Assembly: GCA_964624275.1 (NCBI GenBank)
Contig: CAZUXP010000001.1
Location: 1,799 to 65,798 of the forward strand
DNA: 64,000 bases
Source of the DNA: an uncultured Methanosarcinales archaeon
Lineage (GTDB): Archaea; Nanobdellota; Nanobdellia; Woesearchaeales; DATGWN01
Direction: 5' to 3'
The translations under genes and the position numbers were made by a program. The notes below the pieces were generated by a model, which ran no database searches, was not told where the DNA came from, and worked only from the letters and a program-made list of their open reading frames with translations. Below are positions 59,094 through 64,000 of this stretch, piece after piece; the stretch's first letter is position 1; the number at the start of each line of letters is the position of its first letter.

Positions 59094-59715
59094 TGTGAAG
59101 AAAATGGTTGAAGAATTATTAAAAATAAAAAAATCAGTAAAAGAATCACGTCCTCGATTTATACGAAGTGGTGCAACACATATAAAACGTGTTTCTCGCT
59201 CGGGTTATCGAAAACCAAAAGGAGTTCATAACAAAGTAGGAAATAATAAAAAAGGGCATCGAACGACAATCAAAACTGGTTTTGGTTATCCAAAGAAAGT
59301 TCGAGGATTAACTGAAGATGGATTAACAATAGTTACGGTATCTTCACTTCAAACAATTAAATCACTCGATTCAAAAAAAATAATCATTGTTTTAGCAAGT
59401 TCGTTGGGTATGAAAAAACGAATTGCGCTGTTAGAATTAGTGAAAGAACAAAAACTTCGAGTACAAGGAGTTAAAGATATCAATCAATACATTCAATTAT
59501 GTAAAGATTCAGTACAAAAACGAAAGGTAGAACAATCCAAAAAGGAAAAAGTTCGTTCACAGAAAAAAGATGAAGCAGTAAGAGCAAAAGCTGGGAAAAA
59601 AGGAAAAGCAGATAGTGCTAACAAATCAGAAACTGTAACTGAAGATACAAAAGTAGATAAGCAATCAACAGAGAAAAAAGAGCAAGATAAAACGCTCATT
59701 TCCAAAAATCAATAA
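59086..59715 (+). CDS. rpl32e: 50S ribosomal protein L32e with K/E-rich C-terminal extension
   Basis: L32e core (...RFIRSGATHIKRVSRSGYRKPKG...) plus 80-aa charged tail. Confidence 0.8.
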   Translation: MLSVKKMVEELLKIKKSVKESRPRFIRSGATHIKRVSRSGYRKPKGVHNKVGNNKKGHRTTIKTGFGYPKKVRGLTEDGLTIVTVSSLQTIKSLDSKKIIIVLASSLGMKKRIALLELVKEQKLRVQGVKDINQYIQLCKDSVQKRKVEQSKKEKVRSQKKDEAVRAKAGKKGKADSANKSETVTEDTKVDKQSTEKKEQDKTLISKNQ

Positions 59716-59726
59716 GGAGTAAAAAA

Positions 59727-60182
59727 ATGGATTTAAAAGTTCAAAAAAGAATAGCCGCAGACGTACTTAAATGTGCTCAGAAAAATATAGTATTTGATAC
59801 GTCGAAATTGTCAACAATTAAAGAAGCATTGACAAAGGCAGATATTCGTGATTTAATTAATAGTAATGTTATAACAAAAAAACAATTACCTTCGCAATCT
59901 CGTAGTAGAGCACGAAAAATTACGACTCAAAAAAGTAAAGGGGTACAAAAAGGTGCGGGTTCTCGTCGAGCAAAAACAAAAATTCGTTCAAAATTACATG
60001 AAAAATGGTTGAATAAAGTTCGATTAGAGCGTTCATTCATAAAACAATTACGTGAAAATAAAAAAATCACACCGAATACATATCGAAATACGTATTTGAA
60101 AGTAAAAGGGAATTTTTTTCGAAATCGACGACATATTAAATTATATTTAGAAGAAGAAAAATTATTTGTAACGGAGAAATAA
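59727..60182 (+). CDS. rpl19e: 50S ribosomal protein L19e
   Basis: MDLKVQKRIAADVLKCAQKNIVFD L19e N-terminus. Confidence 0.85.
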   Translation: MDLKVQKRIAADVLKCAQKNIVFDTSKLSTIKEALTKADIRDLINSNVITKKQLPSQSRSRARKITTQKSKGVQKGAGSRRAKTKIRSKLHEKWLNKVRLERSFIKQLRENKKITPNTYRNTYLKVKGNFFRNRRHIKLYLEEEKLFVTEK

Positions 60183-60183
60183 A

Positions 60184-60759
60184 ATGGCAAAAAATAGCAA
60201 TTACACAATGAAATTTCGGCGACGTCGAGAAGGTAAAACAAACTATAATCGTAGATTAAGATTGTTAGTTTCGAGAAAACCTCGGTTAGTTGTTCGAAAG
60301 ACACTTAAAGGAACAGTTGCGCAAATTGTAACGTATAGTCCTGACGGTGATAAAATACTCTTTACTGCTCAATCAAATGAGTTACAAAAATATGGTTTAT
60401 CTGTTGTAAATGGTAATGTTCCAACAGCTTATTTAACAGGATTACTTTTAGCAAAAAAAGCAAAATCGTGTAAAGACGAAATTATTGTTGATTTTGGTGT
60501 ACGATATTTAACTCCAAAATCTCGTTTATTTGCAGTTGTAAAAGGTGCGATTGAAGGCGGTTTACAAGTGATTGCATCAAAAGATTCATTTCCTGGAGAT
60601 GAACGCGCAATAGGGCAACATATTCAAGATTATGCGATTTCTTTGAAAGATGATACACAAGCATATCAAAAACAATTTAGTGCATATTTGCAAAAAAAAG
60701 TAGATCCACAAAAAATAACTGAATTATATACGAAAGTTAAAGATTCATTACAAAAATAA
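60184..60759 (+). CDS. rpl18: 50S ribosomal protein L18 (L5e)
   Basis: ...RRRREGKTNYNRRLRLLVS... L18 signature. Confidence 0.85.
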   Translation: MAKNSNYTMKFRRRREGKTNYNRRLRLLVSRKPRLVVRKTLKGTVAQIVTYSPDGDKILFTAQSNELQKYGLSVVNGNVPTAYLTGLLLAKKAKSCKDEIIVDFGVRYLTPKSRLFAVVKGAIEGGLQVIASKDSFPGDERAIGQHIQDYAISLKDDTQAYQKQFSAYLQKKVDPQKITELYTKVKDSLQK

Positions 60760-60774
60760 ATATAATGTGATAGA

Positions 60775-61554
60775 ATGGTACAGAAAAGACAAAATCGACG
60801 ATCAAAACAAGAAAATTCCGAAGTTGCGATTACTCGATCATTAAATGAATGGGTTCCAAAAACAGAATTGGGAAAAAAAGTATTTTCAGGTGAAGTAACG
60901 GATTTACATCAAATTTTTGAAAATGGTACTCGAATTATGGAGAGCCAGATTGTTGAAAAACTCGTACCGAATCTTGTCGACGATTTGTTATTTGTAGGTC
61001 AGGCTAAAGGAAAATTTGGTGGTGGTCAACGAAGAGCATTTAAACAAACTCAGAAAAAAACAAAAGAAGGGAATAAACCATCTTTTACAACATATGCCGC
61101 TGTTGGAAATAAAAATGGTTTTGTCGGTTTGGGTATGGGTAAATCAAAAGAAACAATTCCTGCAAGAGAAAAAGCAATTCGAAATGCAAAATTGCAGATG
61201 ATTACAGTTTTACGAGGAAGTGGAAGTTGGCAATCAAGTGTAATTGAGCAAAATTCAATCCCATTTAAAGTTTCAGGAAAATGTGGTTCAGTTGAAGTTA
61301 CATTAATACCTGCTCCAAAAGGTACAGGTTTAATTATAGAAAAAGAGTGTGGGAAAATTTTAGCATTAGCAGGTATTCATGATGTTTGGTCAAAAATATC
61401 AGGTAAAACGAAAACAAAAATTAATGTTGTAAAAGCTTGTTTTGAAGCGTTGAAAAATTTAAGTAAAATGAAAGTAACTTCTGCTCAGAAAAAAGCATTA
61501 GGTATTGAACTTCAAAAAGTGTATACTGTTGAAGAAATTGAGCAAGAATCATAA
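60775..61554 (+). CDS. rps5: 30S ribosomal protein S5
   Basis: S5 dsRBD and C-terminal domain similarity. Confidence 0.85.
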   Translation: MVQKRQNRRSKQENSEVAITRSLNEWVPKTELGKKVFSGEVTDLHQIFENGTRIMESQIVEKLVPNLVDDLLFVGQAKGKFGGGQRRAFKQTQKKTKEGNKPSFTTYAAVGNKNGFVGLGMGKSKETIPAREKAIRNAKLQMITVLRGSGSWQSSVIEQNSIPFKVSGKCGSVEVTLIPAPKGTGLIIEKECGKILALAGIHDVWSKISGKTKTKINVVKACFEALKNLSKMKVTSAQKKALGIELQKVYTVEEIEQES

Positions 61555-61569
61555 GATGAGTGAATAGAA

Positions 61570-61941
61570 ATGACGAAAACAGAGAACACACAAAAATTAG
61601 CAATAATACGAGTCCGAGGTAATACGGGTGTGAGAAAAACAATTAGTGATACATTAGATATGTTACGATTAAAAAATCAGCATAACTGCGTTATTGTTGA
61701 TGCAACACCTTCAATCATAGGAATGATTAAAAAAGTACAACATTTTGTAACATACGGCCCAGTGACTGATGAAACAATTGCGCTATTGGATAAACGAGGA
61801 AAAAAAAATGAAATTTATACTTTATCACCACCTGTAAAAGGTTTTGAGAGAAAAGGAATTAAAATTCCATTTTCAAAAGGTGGCGCTTTAGGTAATCGAG
61901 GCGATAACATTAATGAATTAATAAAACGGATGATAGCATGA
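61570..61941 (+). CDS. rpl30: 50S ribosomal protein L30
   Basis: LAIIRVRGNTGVRKTISDTLDMLRLKN L30 signature. Confidence 0.8.
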   Translation: MTKTENTQKLAIIRVRGNTGVRKTISDTLDMLRLKNQHNCVIVDATPSIIGMIKKVQHFVTYGPVTDETIALLDKRGKKNEIYTLSPPVKGFERKGIKIPFSKGGALGNRGDNINELIKRMIA

Positions 61942-62405
61942 CTGTAAACAAACGAAAAAAATTAAGTAGACAGCGAGGAAGCTGGACTCATGGTGGCGGA
62001 GAAAAGAAAAAACGCCGAGGAGCAGGTCATCGTGGTGGTCGTGGTAATGCAGGAACTGGTAAACGGGGAGATGTAAAAAAACCATCCATTCAAGCTAATA
62101 CAAACTATTTTGGAAAATATGGATTTAAATCAATAAAGTCACCAAAAAAATCTGTGAATATCTCTTATATTGATACGCATATTGCATATTTTGTTTCAAA
62201 TAAATTTGCGCAAAAAAGTGCAAAAAGATATACGGTTGATTTATCAAAAGCAGGTATTGAAAAATTATTGGGTTCAGGTACTGTTTCCCAAATTTTTGAT
62301 ATAACGGTAAGTCAAGCTTCAGAAAAAGCAATTCAAAAAATTGAAAAAGTTGGTGGAAGTGTAAAAATTCTTGCACCAAAGTCAACAGATGAATCTGAAG
62401 TGTAA
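61938..62405 (+). CDS. rpl15: 50S ribosomal protein L15
   Basis: Gly/Arg-rich N-terminus RGAGHRGGRGNAGTGKRG typical of L15. Confidence 0.8.
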   Translation: MTVNKRKKLSRQRGSWTHGGGEKKKRRGAGHRGGRGNAGTGKRGDVKKPSIQANTNYFGKYGFKSIKSPKKSVNISYIDTHIAYFVSNKFAQKSAKRYTVDLSKAGIEKLLGSGTVSQIFDITVSQASEKAIQKIEKVGGSVKILAPKSTDESEV

Positions 62406-62460
62406 TTCCTTTTCAAATGTATAAACTTTATAAATTCGAAAAAGAGATTTTGGTGTTATT

Positions 62461-63849
62461 ATGTCAAAGCTAGATACAATTTTAAAATATATTCCGCAAG
62501 TTGAATCACCAACACAAAAAAAACTTGCATTTGGAACAAAAGCTAAATGGACTATTATTGCGCTTCTGTCTTATTTTATTTTAAAAAATATTCCCGTTTA
62601 CGGAGCAAGTGAATCATTCTTAGCACAATTTGATGCGTTAGCAGTTATATTAGGTGCAGAATTTGGTTCATTAGTATCTTTAGGTATCGGACCACTTGTA
62701 ACAGCTTCGATTATGATGCAATTATTAAATGGTTCAGGTTTATTAAAATTTGATACATCAACTGAACATGGAAAAGCGCGGTTTCAAGGCGTCACAAAAT
62801 TAGTTGCATTAGTATTAATATTTGTAGAATCTTTTGTCTTTGTTATATTAGGTGGTATAACTCCAGAACCTAGTCTGGCTCCCGCACTGTATAATACTCT
62901 ACAGAATCTTATTATATTTCAATTAATCTTGGGTGGATTAATTATCCTCTTTTTAGATGATTTAGTCGGAAAATGGGGATTTGGTTCTGGTATTAGCTTA
63001 TTTATCGCAGCCGGTGTTTCGGAAAATCTAATCAAACAGGCATTTTCATGGTTTACAAATCCTGACAACCCTGATTATGTAACAGGTGCGGTTTGGCGTA
63101 CATTTCAATCATTTGCAAATCAAGATGTTACCGCTGGATTACTTGCAATAGGTGCAATAATGGCAACAATACTTGTCTTTGGTCTTGTTGTATATGTACA
63201 GTCCATGAAAGTTGAAATACCGCTCTCTTTTGGAAAAGTGAGAGGATACGGTATGCGATGGCCATTAAATTTCTTATATACGTCAAATATCCCAGTTATC
63301 TTAATTGCGGCATTACTTGCAAACATTCAGTTTATGAGTGTGATGCTCCAAAATCGATTTCCAAATATAAATGTGCAAACATTTACTCAGTGGTTTGTTG
63401 CTCCAAATCAAGGAACCGGTGGATTAGTTGGTGCAATAATTAATCAAGGTTCTTTAAACATTGGAAGTACACTATATTTACAAGCAATTACGTATTCACT
63501 TATTTTAATGGGTGGTTCAATGGTATTTGCATACTTTTGGATGCAGACATCAGGAATGGACCCAAAATCACAAGCAAAACAAATTATGTCTTCTGGTCTT
63601 CAAATTCCTGGATTTAGAAAAGATCCAAGAATCATGGAACACGTATTGACTCGATACATCACACCATTAACAATTATGGGTGGTTTAGCAGTTGGATTTT
63701 TAGCGTCACTAGCTGATTTAAGTGGTGCGCTTACAAGTGGAACTGGTATTTTATTAGCCGTAATGATTATTTACAAACTCTATGAAGAGATTGCAAAACA
63801 ACATATGGATGACATGAATCCGGGTATTCGAAAGTTTATGGGTAAATAA
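62461..63849 (+). CDS. secY: preprotein translocase subunit SecY/Sec61-alpha
   Basis: 10-TM protein at the canonical end of the r-protein operon; SecY family similarity. Confidence 0.85.
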   Translation: MSKLDTILKYIPQVESPTQKKLAFGTKAKWTIIALLSYFILKNIPVYGASESFLAQFDALAVILGAEFGSLVSLGIGPLVTASIMMQLLNGSGLLKFDTSTEHGKARFQGVTKLVALVLIFVESFVFVILGGITPEPSLAPALYNTLQNLIIFQLILGGLIILFLDDLVGKWGFGSGISLFIAAGVSENLIKQAFSWFTNPDNPDYVTGAVWRTFQSFANQDVTAGLLAIGAIMATILVFGLVVYVQSMKVEIPLSFGKVRGYGMRWPLNFLYTSNIPVILIAALLANIQFMSVMLQNRFPNINVQTFTQWFVAPNQGTGGLVGAIINQGSLNIGSTLYLQAITYSLILMGGSMVFAYFWMQTSGMDPKSQAKQIMSSGLQIPGFRKDPRIMEHVLTRYITPLTIMGGLAVGFLASLADLSGALTSGTGILLAVMIIYKLYEEIAKQHMDDMNPGIRKFMGK

Positions 63850-63850
63850 A

Positions 63851-64000
63851 ATGGTTTTTGAAAATATTTTAAGCATATTTAGCCCAATTTTTTATCCATT
63901 ATTTTCTATGAATGTGTTTGTTGGTTTAATTATTACAAGCATTTTAGTTGCATTATTAATGACACTTTCGCACAAATATTTTACTGACCAACATGTCTTA
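63851..64000 (+). CDS. membrane protein, 5' fragment (continues beyond window)
   Basis: ATG at 63851 followed by hydrophobic open frame to the window end. Confidence 0.3.
   Translation, partial: MVFENILSIFSPIFYPLFSMNVFVGLIITSILVALLMTLSHKYFTDQHVL

Noticed and set aside
1-64000. CRISPR arrays, rRNA and tRNA genes
   Set aside because: No series of regularly spaced direct repeats was seen. Intergenic regions are short and lack T-loop (GTTCRANYC) or D-loop signatures. Only the two 29-bp direct repeats (21643 and 26220) and coding tandem repeats were found.

Overview
This is an AT-rich (about 30% GC) archaeal chromosome segment. The gene content points to a DPANN-type lineage such as Nanoarchaeota, Woesearchaeota or Pacearchaeota: L32e, L19e, S4e, L31e, L39e and S19e ribosomal proteins, RadA, Hef, RPA, a fused PriS primase and proteins with class-III (pilin-like) signal peptides. 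This affiliation is an inference from gene content only.

The window is mostly housekeeping genes:
- a gyrA 3' end, an ITPase and a presenilin-like protease;
- an L31e/L39e/S19e cluster, RPA, a RIO kinase, a KH/Dim2-like protein, a MutY-like glycosylase and a Nip7-like protein;
- HIT proteins, MetRS, CysRS, ValRS, the Hef helicase-nuclease, the Y-family polymerase DinB, a Ca/Na antiporter, S15, LigT and RadA;
- a nearly complete archaeal L3-to-SecY ribosomal protein operon (50.2-63.8 kb).

Accessory content worth a second look:
(1) A roughly 4.6 kb insertion into the 3' end of the primase gene, bounded by 29-bp perfect direct repeats. It carries a pilin-like Cys-rich secreted protein, a stand-alone reverse transcriptase translationally coupled to a polytopic membrane protein, and a nested hairpin element just upstream of the RT. 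This is the best candidate for an undescribed retroelement or defence-like system.
(2) A second pilin-like protein with two DUF1566 (C-type-lectin-fold) domains.
(3) A DinD/Bro-N-like gene interrupted by a single in-frame TAG.
(4) An A10 homopolymer that splits a roughly 1000-aa secreted calcium-binding-repeat protein into two frames.
(5) A multi-helix noncoding element of about 215 nt at 14.5 kb.
(6) A four-gene surface operon with a 1561-aa MopE-motif repeat protein containing near-identical 159-bp tandem repeats.
(7) A VapBC-like toxin-antitoxin pair.

No CRISPR array, rRNA or convincing tRNA was seen.
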